Shown here piece by piece: positions 55,369 to 64,000 of a stretch of DNA of 64,000 bases; the stretch's first letter is position 1, and each line of letters starts with the position of its first letter. This DNA comes from a virus: the IMG/VR virus record IMGVR_UViG_3300045988_137103. The stretch is one strand, 5' to 3'. Below the pieces are notes generated by a model. That model ran no database searches, was not told the DNA's origin, and saw nothing but the letters and a program-made list of their open reading frames with translations. A program made the position numbers and the translations under genes.

Positions 55369-56586
55369 TTAAACAATTACTGGCTTTTCAATGATTCTAG
55401 CATCTTCATCTACGAGATAGCTGCCTTCATCGTCAACCATAGCTGCGGTAGCACCACGATCACATATCTCCAGTTGAACAAACTTAGCCTTATCTGCTTC
55501 TACAGAAATTTCAGCTCCAGTACCGATGAGAGTTTTGGTTGTTGAAATGCTACCATCACTATTCCTGGCAGAAGTACAGATATACCAATTAGCGAAAGCT
55601 ATGCTCTCCCAATTAGGTATCTCACCTTGCGTGTCAGAGACTATCGCTTTCAAAAGAATATTCACGTTACCGGTTACCCTTGCATTGGAATTGGTGAACA
55701 TTGCTCTGATTGGAGGAAAACATCTTATGAGGGTAGTAGATGCAACAGGATCACCCGGCTCTGGTTCAGACGGAAGATTTCCATCTGTTCTGTAAGCACA
55801 CTTAACTTCATAGGTGATTTCCTCTCCCATTTTATCGCGGTCTACTGTGATAGACTTAATCTGACCATTTTCCCCAGTCGTAGCAGATGTTATCTCCCAG
55901 TTTTCTTCATCATCTACGCTAGTGATTAGTTTCTTGGTCTTATCGTTCATTACTCGATACCAGAAAATCTTTACCTTTGTGCTTTCCGTCATATTATGCG
56001 AGCCTACCATTACCAATGCTTTAATTGTTCTGGTAGGCTGTTGACGGAAGGGGTTCCATTTATCGGTGTTAGGCATATCAAGAGTTATGGAAGCTCTGGC
56101 ATCCGTAACATCTTCTAGTACCAAAGGAATATCCTTTGTAAACCTGTAAGAATATCCGCTAACGGAATCCTCCCATGTGCCTACAAAACGAAGCGTTCTT
56201 CTTACGCCCACAACAGCGTTGGAACTGACGGTTATCTGTCCCTTGCTATCACCTGATACGACAACCTGATAACCTTCCTTTGTACTTCCACTCTGCGTGG
56301 CAATTTCAGTCTGTCCCGATGATGTAACCTCAATCCATCTGAACGAAGCGAGGGAAGAGTTTACCATGATAGACGAGACAGGGCTATCTGGGTCTATAAG
56401 TTGGCATTCAGGGAATACCACCAGATTAGAAGTGCTGTAGTCTGGTGTATAGAGATTGGTAACCGCATCATAAGTCTGGCGGTTAACTGTATTAGTCCTT
56501 ACAACCATGTTGCAGCATTGATGATAGCATACCGGCTGAATGTCTATCTTCTTTTGTTCTGACTGCGCTAAAATATTATTTGCCAT
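55369..56586 (-). CDS. Structural protein, beta-rich (405 aa)
   Basis: ORF in the late block. Confidence 0.5.
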   Translation of the reverse strand: MANNILAQSEQKKIDIQPVCYHQCCNMVVRTNTVNRQTYDAVTNLYTPDYSTSNLVVFPECQLIDPDSPVSSIMVNSSLASFRWIEVTSSGQTEIATQSGSTKEGYQVVVSGDSKGQITVSSNAVVGVRRTLRFVGTWEDSVSGYSYRFTKDIPLVLEDVTDARASITLDMPNTDKWNPFRQQPTRTIKALVMVGSHNMTESTKVKIFWYRVMNDKTKKLITSVDDEENWEITSATTGENGQIKSITVDRDKMGEEITYEVKCAYRTDGNLPSEPEPGDPVASTTLIRCFPPIRAMFTNSNARVTGNVNILLKAIVSDTQGEIPNWESIAFANWYICTSARNSDGSISTTKTLIGTGAEISVEADKAKFVQLEICDRGATAAMVDDEGSYLVDEDARIIEKPVIV

Positions 56587-56604
56587 AACAATAAATATTA
56601 AATA

Positions 56605-57474
56605 TTAAAATTGAACAGAATATGTAGCTGCCTTAGCTTCCGTTGTTGTCTGGTATTCTGCCGAGCAAGTAAAATATACTTGCCCTACTCTATATTCATC
56701 TCCGCCTAGGTCTTCATAGGTAATTGGAAGAGTTAAACCAACGTTATTATGAGCCTTATTCCATGCTAAATCTAATTCTTCATTTCCCGTATCTCGCTGC
56801 CAAATTATATTTTTTAGTTTTTTAGTAACATCCAAACCATTATATCTTGCTTGCAAAGATAGCCTTGTAAAGGCCTTATAGCTGCCATCCGCATTGAGGA
56901 CTCGTAACTGATAAGTCTTCCAGGTCCAGCCCATAGATGAAGACATCGCCAAAACAAAGCCTGAAGCTACAATACTTTCTGCTAAATTATTAATAGCTTC
57001 AGTAGTAGCTTTTTGACTCATTATTGAGCCAGGATTATTACCCATTTCTTGTTCTAGCTTGACCAGGTTATAAATCTCCCAATTATTGCCGAAAGTATAG
57101 ATGATACTGACACCTGCGTCAGCTATTACGCCTTTACCAAAATTGGAATATTCGCCTTCTTCCTTTGCTATATAAAACATTTTTGCTCCATCAGTCTTAT
57201 CAGGAATGGTGGATGTTGTCGCAATCCCCATAAAGGTTGCTCCTCGTATTTTGCTTACGATATTAACTATATTAGTAATCAATTCATCCCAATAAGAATC
57301 ACGCTTAGCATTAACACACCATGTTGCCCTATCAGCATTCCAATAGTGCGCCCATCCTTCTATATCTACGAAATCACCATCCACACCGCCATTGGGGTAA
57401 CGGCGTTCTACAGCGTAAATATCGGGGAAAGTCCCTTTAAAATGGGAAGAAGATGTGTCCATATTACTAGCCAT
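56605..57474 (-). CDS. Structural protein (289 aa)
   Basis: ORF in the late block. Confidence 0.5.
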   Translation of the reverse strand: MASNMDTSSSHFKGTFPDIYAVERRYPNGGVDGDFVDIEGWAHYWNADRATWCVNAKRDSYWDELITNIVNIVSKIRGATFMGIATTSTIPDKTDGAKMFYIAKEEGEYSNFGKGVIADAGVSIIYTFGNNWEIYNLVKLEQEMGNNPGSIMSQKATTEAINNLAESIVASGFVLAMSSSMGWTWKTYQLRVLNADGSYKAFTRLSLQARYNGLDVTKKLKNIIWQRDTGNEELDLAWNKAHNNVGLTLPITYEDLGGDEYRVGQVYFTCSAEYQTTTEAKAATYSVQF

Positions 57475-57480
57475 AAAATA

Positions 57481-58212
57481 TTATATTTGAGATAATTGGT
57501 TATACTTTTCTGCCAGCTCGCTCTCCTTCTTGCTTACAAGGAAGATGGAAACGGCACGATAAATGAGATATTTCTTGCATTCATCAGTTAGGGCAAGGAT
57601 GATTTTCTGACCTATCACTTCGTTTTCATGCCCAGTTTCAGTAGAATGCACATCCTCCAACTTCTGATAAGGAATATAAGTGAACAGTTCAACCTCATGA
57701 TCATATACAGCTCCAACAGGCGCATGGTTGGCATCATACCTACCAGCAGTCCAATACATCAGCACTCGTTTGCCTGTTATTGGTGATGTAGTAATCATAC
57801 CTTTAGGCTTCTGGGGAGTTCCCCTGGTCCATCGGGATGCTTGCATCTGAGCCTCCTTGCTGCCCGGTTCCATCAGCATAGTCAGCGTACTTTGCCAACT
57901 TTTCAGTTTCAGTTCTACCAGTCTCAGCCAATCTTCAGGAATTGTCAGGCATCCATGACCATCTGTAAACTGCGTTTGGATGGCATCATAATCCTGTTTT
58001 CCACTTTCATTCAGCGACACTTCTACCCTTTGGGGGAGAATCATCTGTGCCGGTGCTTGCAGCAAAATCTGTTGTGCTGCCGTTTCAATGGCTTGCTTCA
58101 TTTCCGTGTCCGAGTCATCCGTAATGATGTCATTCACCTCATCATGGATCACTTCGTCCATAGCTATGCGCATTTCCTTCACAAGGTCACTCATAAGAAC
58201 TTCCATAAGCAA
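57481..58212 (-). CDS. Head-completion/connector-type protein candidate (243 aa)
   Basis: Position two genes downstream of the capsid gene. No motif recognised. Confidence 0.4.
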   Translation of the reverse strand: MLMEVLMSDLVKEMRIAMDEVIHDEVNDIITDDSDTEMKQAIETAAQQILLQAPAQMILPQRVEVSLNESGKQDYDAIQTQFTDGHGCLTIPEDWLRLVELKLKSWQSTLTMLMEPGSKEAQMQASRWTRGTPQKPKGMITTSPITGKRVLMYWTAGRYDANHAPVGAVYDHEVELFTYIPYQKLEDVHSTETGHENEVIGQKIILALTDECKKYLIYRAVSIFLVSKKESELAEKYNQLSQI

Positions 58213-58245
58213 GAAACCTATTAACTATAAATTATAAACTATAAA

Positions 58246-58623
58246 CTAAAACTCTATCACCACGCCCAGCTCTTTAGCCTTCTCCTTCACACTCTCAGGT
58301 GATTTCAGTTTCCTTACATCTACCTTAAAAGTCTTCTGGAGATAGTTCTTGGCCTTGGTGATATTCTCGAAACGAAGGGCATTCTCGTCCTTCACCTGCT
58401 CTTCTTTTTGTTGCTGAATCTGCACCTCTTCCGGCTGGCTCTCATCAATGATACGGCCTGCCTTCGTAAGAGGATGTTTCCTGATGCATTCTGCCACCTG
58501 CTTGTTATCCGTAATGTACGAATAGGCATCGTTGCTGCACCGTTCAAACTCAATGTTCTTGATCAGTCCGCTCGGCAGAGTCACAACAAAGATGAGCATG
58601 CTCTTAGCTACAAATCTATACAT
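58246..58623 (-). CDS. Hypothetical head-module protein (125 aa)
   Basis: ORF directly downstream of the capsid gene. Confidence 0.5.
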   Translation of the reverse strand: MYRFVAKSMLIFVVTLPSGLIKNIEFERCSNDAYSYITDNKQVAECIRKHPLTKAGRIIDESQPEEVQIQQQKEEQVKDENALRFENITKAKNYLQKTFKVDVRKLKSPESVKEKAKELGVVIEF

Positions 58624-58647
58624 ATCTATTTGTGTTTATGGTGAGAA

Positions 58648-58681
58648 GGGATAGTGAGGCTGTATTAGCCTCAACTATCCC
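58648..58681 (-). terminator. Strong hairpin just after the capsid gene (attenuator/terminator candidate)
   Basis: GGGATAGTGAGGCT-GTATT-AGCCTCAACTATCCC, a 14-15-bp stem with one bulge, between the MCP stop (58726) and the next start (58623). Confidence 0.5.
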
Positions 58682-58725
58682 CTAGATTGATATATGTAGA
58701 AAACTATCAGTTTCCTATACGATGA

Positions 58726-60306
58726 TTACGCTGCCTCCAAAATCTGCTCATCTGTAACGCCATCACCAGTGAAGACTGGGCGGGCTACACGCGCATGAGC
58801 ATCAGGGAAGGTCAGTACCCAGCAGCTATACTCCTCCATCACAACACCTGCAGTATTACGAATCAAGAGATCCTTGGCGTTAAACTCGTTTCTGCTCCAT
58901 ACACCAAATACGTATTTGTCAAGATAACGAGCATCCAGCAAGAACGCTCTACCATCCATACCCCAGGAGTTAAAAGCATCGTGACGATAAATCAGTATCT
59001 TTGTACCCATGCTCTCGAACTTCTCAAAATCAAGTTTCCATCCCTGATAATCCTTTTCGGTCTGTGTAATGATGCGCTTATTAGAACGAAGATTTGCAAA
59101 TGCCTGATAAATCAAGTTGTCAACGAAGAGAAGTTTCGTACGGCTGGAGTTACCAGCACCCTTCAATACTGCTGCAATAAAAGCAGAAAGTTCCTTCTCG
59201 CTGATCACATACTCATATACTGTTTTTTCCTGCTCTACAGTTTCGCCATCGGAACCACCTGGCTTAGGTACTTTTACCTTTGCCTTTACAATTTCACCAT
59301 TCTCATCTTTCTTGACAGCCCAATGGCCAATCTGCAAGTCCTTGCCTGCTTCCCAGTAAATACCGCCCATGGTATAGGTCAAACCAACTTTCTCGCCACC
59401 ATTCGACATGCTCTTTACACCGAACAGACCACTTCGCTCCTGGCCATAACGCATATCGTCCATAGCCATTTTTTCCTGTCGTGTGAAGTCCCATTTTACC
59501 TGAGTCTTACTCATGCGGTTGATAAGAGACTCCTCAACCTGCATGATAAATCGCTGGCAATACTGGAAACTCTTATCTGGCATAGAGTAATAACTACCAG
59601 TTTCAACCTCTTTCTCGCCTGCGGCTCTTCCGAGGCGCATCAGAGTTGTACCTACCGGAATATTGTCTTCAAAGTCACGGTTGCCACGCGAAGGGTTTTT
59701 CTTTCCATTCAGAGCGTAGGCAATAGGGTTATTGTCATTATCATGGCTGATTACACGGAACTGAAGAGGAATCAAAGTGCTCTTGTTTGTACCAGTCTCG
59801 TCATAGCCATAGATGCCATCTACCATAATAACATCACCATTATCGAAAGCTGCCGGATTCTCCACGATGAAAGTTACAGAGTTACCATTGGTCTGCTTAT
59901 TAACCTGAGTAGTAAGTTTTGACATGATAGGCTTCTGACCGATAGAATAGTATTCTACTCGAACAGAGTCGATAGGAGTCATCTTCTTGGATGCACGTAA
60001 AATCTGATCAATAGGACAACTCTCCAGTTTCATCTCTACGACTGTTGGGTTAACGTGAGCAACATAGTAATCCCAGTTACCCATAGCTTCCTGCTGCTCC
60101 TGGCTACCACCCTGCCACTGAGGACCAGAGCCACCTACACCGGGACCATCCAAAGGACCTGTCGCACCACCGCCACCTGCACCAGCAGGAATACCACCAC
60201 CTGGTACAGGTGGAGCCGTTTCAGCCATTGCATAAGAACTTCCACCACTAAGGATCATGACGAGCACCGCCATCATGAAACCAAACCATTTCTTAAACTG
60301 TTTCAT
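58726..60306 (-). CDS. Major capsid protein candidate (526 aa) with a signal-peptide-like N-terminus
   Basis: Follows the scaffold-like gene. Length and sequence character fit HK97-fold MCPs. The N-terminal 70 aa are a hydrophobic segment plus a Gly/Pro-rich tract. The antisense 375-aa ORF is a shadow frame. Confidence 0.55.
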   Translation of the reverse strand: MKQFKKWFGFMMAVLVMILSGGSSYAMAETAPPVPGGGIPAGAGGGGATGPLDGPGVGGSGPQWQGGSQEQQEAMGNWDYYVAHVNPTVVEMKLESCPIDQILRASKKMTPIDSVRVEYYSIGQKPIMSKLTTQVNKQTNGNSVTFIVENPAAFDNGDVIMVDGIYGYDETGTNKSTLIPLQFRVISHDNDNNPIAYALNGKKNPSRGNRDFEDNIPVGTTLMRLGRAAGEKEVETGSYYSMPDKSFQYCQRFIMQVEESLINRMSKTQVKWDFTRQEKMAMDDMRYGQERSGLFGVKSMSNGGEKVGLTYTMGGIYWEAGKDLQIGHWAVKKDENGEIVKAKVKVPKPGGSDGETVEQEKTVYEYVISEKELSAFIAAVLKGAGNSSRTKLLFVDNLIYQAFANLRSNKRIITQTEKDYQGWKLDFEKFESMGTKILIYRHDAFNSWGMDGRAFLLDARYLDKYVFGVWSRNEFNAKDLLIRNTAGVVMEEYSCWVLTFPDAHARVARPVFTGDGVTDEQILEAA

Positions 60307-60346
60307 AATCTATACATTTAAAATTATTAATTATAAATTTCTTATT

Positions 60347-61159
60347 CTACATTCCAATCATCTTGCTGTACACCTGTTCTGTACGGCTCTTTTCCTTTGG
60401 GAGTGAAGGCGCACCACCGCCACCATCGATATTGATGTTCTTCTTGCCTCCCTGTTTGCCATCATGCAGTTGTTTCTGCTGGTCAATCTTCTCATTCTTA
60501 CCACGCTTGTAGCCTCGCTCTTCTGCATCAGCCACAGCCTTGTCGAAGTCCTTGATCTGGAAGAGGCGTAAGAAGTCTTCCTTTTTCAAGCCATAACGAG
60601 CTGCACGCCATACGAAACCATCATCATCGTGATCCTCGCCATCATCGCTACGCTTGTAAAGCCATTCTATCAAATCACTAATCGCCTCAGGCTTCAATTT
60701 CGCTTCTTTAATAGCTGCGTCAAGTTCGGCATCTTCCTGCTCCATATTGGCAGCAAGTTGCTCATTGTCCTTTGCTAGTTTCTCGCTGGCTTCAAGTTTC
60801 TCTTTCTCGCTAGCTTTCAAACGTGCTTTAGCCTTCTCATCACCATTGATGGCATCAACATAGTCCTGACCCAACTCATCAATAATGAAATCGATAAAAT
60901 TGAAGTCGCTGCCATCGGCATTTTTCTTGGTCACAAGACCTGTCACCAGACTTGGAGCATGAGGGTTGTCCTGCAACATTTTGTTGAAGTCATCCATTTT
61001 TTGCTTATTCTGGTCATACTGGTCGTAATCGGTCGAAAGTTGACCATAAACAGCCTCATCATCGTCCATATTCAAGTCCGGATAACGCTGAGCAAGACGC
61101 TCTCGGAAAGAATCTCGCTTTGACTTAACATTCTGATTATCAATAGTTTCTTTTGCCAT
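60347..61159 (-). CDS. Scaffolding protein candidate (270 aa)
   Basis: Acidic, helical, coiled-coil-like. Immediately upstream of the capsid gene. Confidence 0.5.
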   Translation of the reverse strand: MAKETIDNQNVKSKRDSFRERLAQRYPDLNMDDDEAVYGQLSTDYDQYDQNKQKMDDFNKMLQDNPHAPSLVTGLVTKKNADGSDFNFIDFIIDELGQDYVDAINGDEKAKARLKASEKEKLEASEKLAKDNEQLAANMEQEDAELDAAIKEAKLKPEAISDLIEWLYKRSDDGEDHDDDGFVWRAARYGLKKEDFLRLFQIKDFDKAVADAEERGYKRGKNEKIDQQKQLHDGKQGGKKNINIDGGGGAPSLPKEKSRTEQVYSKMIGM

Positions 61160-61214
61160 AAATATTCATTTTTAATATTTGTGTGCTAAATTAAGGAAAA
61201 TTTCGCATAACTTA

Positions 61215-61231
61215 TTGATAAAATGCGCAAG
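61215..61231. promoter_or_regulatory. TGATAAAATGCGCAAG motif in the divergent promoter region
   Basis: TTGATAAAATGCGCAAG, followed 10 nt later by TAacTTTG just before ATG 61254. Confidence 0.5.
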
Positions 61232-61253
61232 TTGCTATATTAACTTTGCTAGC

Positions 61254-61685
61254 ATGAAACATAAAAATTCTATATCCCAAATAAACCCGATACGAGACCG
61301 TGAAATGATCATCCTCTATCGCAAGGCTCTCGAAGTGGTAGAATATCCTACTACTACGGATAAGATATGCGAAGTTGTTTCATCGCTACCTACCACCTGC
61401 TACTATATCTCAGATACATCAGCATTCAGGTACGTTTCGCTGCGTCTCAAAGGTATCATTCCTAAGTTCGATTTGGCTTCCTATCGCAAACAGCAATTAT
61501 ATGAAGCTCTGTATGAAGAAGTGCTCAGACTTAGGGAACAGCGAAGGGAAAAATCTCCATGCTTGTATAAACTGGTAGACTTAGCCCTGGAGCGGCCTGC
61601 TCCGTGCTTGGGGCTTTCTCCTCGTACCATCAGGCAGAAACTTTCTGCCTATTTCAATCAAAATCGAAAAAACGATTCCAAATAG
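61254..61685 (+). CDS. Hypothetical protein (143 aa), possible DNA-binding or small-terminase role by position
   Basis: Start set at MKHKNSISQ. First gene of the + strand unit that ends in the large terminase. Confidence 0.45.
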   Translation: MKHKNSISQINPIRDREMIILYRKALEVVEYPTTTDKICEVVSSLPTTCYYISDTSAFRYVSLRLKGIIPKFDLASYRKQQLYEALYEEVLRLREQRREKSPCLYKLVDLALERPAPCLGLSPRTIRQKLSAYFNQNRKNDSK

Positions 61686-61698
61686 TAATATTCTGTCT

Positions 61699-62178
61699 AT
61701 GCGAACATTATATATAACTCTCATCTGTATTTTTCTGATGGCTATCATCGTACCGCTACATGCCTCGCTGGCTGTGTCTCCATCATCGCCATTATACACC
61801 CATTTCGCCTATATGTTCGGTCATGCCAACTTTATACACTGGGGTATCAACGGCTGGTGCATATTGATGGTTCATCATCAGTTCCGCTTCCATCGCCTAC
61901 TGGCAGCATGGCTCTGCTCGGTGTTGTTGTCGTTCATATACTATCCGGCATTACCTGTATTGGGTGCATCCGTATTGATTTCTTTCTTCATGGGATTCTC
62001 TGCGCAATGGTATTATCGGTATCACCGCATCTACTTCTGGCAGATGGTGCTCGGTATGGCTATAGGTTTCCTTCTCCCTTACATAGCTGGTATCTTCCAC
62101 ATAGTTCTATTCTGTTTAGGTTTCATCTATGCCAAGGCAGAGAGATTTATCCGACATGCCAATACACTTAACATTTAA
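61699..62178 (+). CDS. Rhomboid-family intramembrane serine protease homologue (159 aa)
   Basis: Six hydrophobic segments. HANFIHWGIN matches the TM2 HxxxxHxxxN motif exactly. VLGASVLISFFMG is the TM4 GxS(G) motif with the Ser retained. IAGIFHIV is the TM6 His. Confidence 0.6.
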   Translation: MRTLYITLICIFLMAIIVPLHASLAVSPSSPLYTHFAYMFGHANFIHWGINGWCILMVHHQFRFHRLLAAWLCSVLLSFIYYPALPVLGASVLISFFMGFSAQWYYRYHRIYFWQMVLGMAIGFLLPYIAGIFHIVLFCLGFIYAKAERFIRHANTLNI

Positions 62179-62209
62179 CATTCAACACTTACATTATTAT
62201 ATATAACGA

Positions 62210-64000
62210 ATGCCAGTAGCAAAATCCTCCTTAAAGGTTCGACCTCAGCAGCAGATTTCAGAAAAGAAGCTCAAAGAGATTCTTGAAGAAGATAAGAGAA
62301 GACTCCAAAGTCTCCTCGCTACTTATCGTCCAATTACAGGAGAGAATGCCCCTGGTCTCCGCTTTGAATGTGTCATCACAGACTTCCTAAAGGGAAAGAA
62401 ACTCTGGCTCCCGGTAGAAATGCTGAAGGAAAAGAAGTTCTGCGCTATCATTAAGTGCGGATCTATTGAGGCTTTCTGCGATAAGTACATGCCGGATTAT
62501 GATCAGGAGAAGGCACGTGATGCTGTCTTCCGCTATCTCATCCGCCTGCGCTGTAAGCACGATTTCTACTTCTTTGCATACGCCTACGCCCGAATCAAAA
62601 ATAAGGATGGTGGTGAAGATATTCCTTTTCTTCTTCGCAATGCCCAGATTAAACTAGCCAAGGTATTCGAACAGTTGCGCCTTCATAGTCAGTACCACTA
62701 TATCCGTGTCATTCTCTTGAAGTGCCGCCAATGGGGTGGTTCTACCCTTACCGACATCTACATGGCATGGCTGCAGATCTTCTGGAAGACAAACTGGAAT
62801 AGTAATATCGTTGGCCACCAGTCTTCATCTGCCACACAGGTATTCGATATGTACGAGAAGTTAATTAATGCCATTCCTACATGGCTCTTCTACGACATTG
62901 GTGTACCATTCAAGAACGACCCTCGCAAAATCAAGACATCAGGAACCATACAGAATATCAAGTATCTCATTCCACGCGATTGCAAGATACAGACTGGTTC
63001 TGCCCGTAACCCAGAATCTTGTCGTTCTGGTGATGCTGCTCTTGCTCATATTACTGAGGAAGCCTTCTTCCCTAACACCACAGAGTGGACTCCAGCTAAG
63101 GTTATTAAGGCTGCATCATCATCTATCCAACCGGATCCTCTAACCTTTATTGTCAGAGAGTCAACGCCAAACGGACGAGAAAACGAGTTCCACGATGCCT
63201 GGGTAGCTGCAAACTCAGTAGATAAGGATGGTAAACCTCTGTCAGCATTTACTCCTGTCTTCGTGGCATGGTTCGAAATTGAAAAATATATATTGCCATT
63301 TGCTTCCGAGGATGAACGTGCCGATTTCGCCATCTGGCTGTGGAAGAATCGCAATGACGAGCAAGGTCATGGTAAGTACTATTGGTGGCTCTACGAATGT
63401 AAAGGAGCATCTTTCGAGGGCATCCATTGGTATATTGAGAAGTCCAAGGAGTATGAGACTCTTGACGATATGCGTCAGGAGTTCCCTTCTGATGATGTAG
63501 AAGCCTTCCTCTTCTCAGGTACTACAGTCTTCGATCCATACAAGTTGAAGGAAATGGAAGAGGACTGCAAGGGTATCGAGCCTATCATGGTGGGTGACAT
63601 TGAGGGAGATTCCTACGATGCAGCCGACCCTGCTTGCATGAACAACATCCGTTTCGTAGAACGTGCTGGTGGACCTCTCAAAGTTTGGGCTGGACCCGAC
63701 AACTCCGAGATTGTCAAGCATCGTTATGTTGTGGCGTGCGATATTGGTGGCTCTCACAAGACTTCCGATCCCTCCGACATCGTGGTGCTCGACCGCTACG
63801 ATGAAATCTATGGTGGAGTTCCCGAGGTAGTAGCCGAATGGCATGGTCACTGCGATGCCGACCAACTCGCGATGCGTTGCGCCCAGATAGCTCATTTCTA
63901 TAATGATGCCTTCCTGGTTATCGAGAACAATACCGCTTACTCTCGTATGAACAATACCGAGGGCAACCAGTCAGAGCTGTTCTTCCCTATCCTCATCCCT
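62210..64000 (+). CDS. terL: Terminase large subunit (3'-truncated by the window end)
   Basis: Hand translation from ATG 62210 is open to position 64000 and is not in the ORF track. It shows the Walker-A-like LLKCRQWGGSTL, the Walker-B/coupling ALAHITEEAFF, and nuclease-domain VVACDIGGS...D and FLVIENN. Confidence 0.8.
   Translation, partial: MPVAKSSLKVRPQQQISEKKLKEILEEDKRRLQSLLATYRPITGENAPGLRFECVITDFLKGKKLWLPVEMLKEKKFCAIIKCGSIEAFCDKYMPDYDQEKARDAVFRYLIRLRCKHDFYFFAYAYARIKNKDGGEDIPFLLRNAQIKLAKVFEQLRLHSQYHYIRVILLKCRQWGGSTLTDIYMAWLQIFWKTNWNSNIVGHQSSSATQVFDMYEKLINAIPTWLFYDIGVPFKNDPRKIKTSGTIQNIKYLIPRDCKIQTGSARNPESCRSGDAALAHITEEAFFPNTTEWTPAKVIKAASSSIQPDPLTFIVRESTPNGRENEFHDAWVAANSVDKDGKPLSAFTPVFVAWFEIEKYILPFASEDERADFAIWLWKNRNDEQGHGKYYWWLYECKGASFEGIHWYIEKSKEYETLDDMRQEFPSDDVEAFLFSGTTVFDPYKLKEMEEDCKGIEPIMVGDIEGDSYDAADPACMNNIRFVERAGGPLKVWAGPDNSEIVKHRYVVACDIGGSHKTSDPSDIVVLDRYDEIYGGVPEVVAEWHGHCDADQLAMRCAQIAHFYNDAFLVIENNTAYSRMNNTEGNQSELFFPILIP

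Noticed and set aside
58795-59922. 375-aa + strand ORF opposite the capsid gene
   Set aside because: It is an antisense shadow of the capsid-like ORF. Its composition is low-complexity and Leu/Ile/Cys-rich, and it has no upstream promoter or start context.

Overview
The window is almost entirely bacteriophage DNA. It looks like a temperate, tailed phage of a Bacteroidota-type host. This is inferred from a Bacteroidetes-style tyrosine integrase, TAnnTTTG -7 promoter boxes and about 40% GC. The layout has five blocks. (1) 703-21875 (-) holds the portal gene, one uninterrupted 16.4-kb ORF (5,476 aa) encoding a multi-enzyme 'polyvalent' protein, and two low-complexity virion-type proteins. (2) 22544-26276 (-) is the lysogeny module: integrase, three moron-like genes and an XRE-type repressor. 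(3) 26422-42415 (+) is an early/middle block of many small genes. It includes ASCH, C5-methyltransferase, an iteron-bearing replication initiator, VRR-NUC and DUF4494 genes. (4) 42604-61159 (-) is the late block. It carries the scaffold, major capsid, fibre-like proteins, a complete diversity-generating retroelement (DGR: target, Avd, TR, RT), several odd accessory proteins and a holin/GH19 endolysin/u-spanin lysis cassette. (5) 61254-64000 (+) holds a small protein, a rhomboid-like membrane protein and a 3'-truncated large terminase. The main items to follow up are the giant polyvalent ORF, the DGR (15 of 15 TR/VR mismatches at TR adenines), a C5-MTase locus with two long fully overlapping open frames, a four-copy hairpin family with conserved flanks, a TGATAA-NN-TGCGCAA motif at transcription-unit boundaries, a tRNA-like RNA, and the phage-borne rhomboid homologue. 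All functional calls come from motif recognition by eye; no database search was possible.
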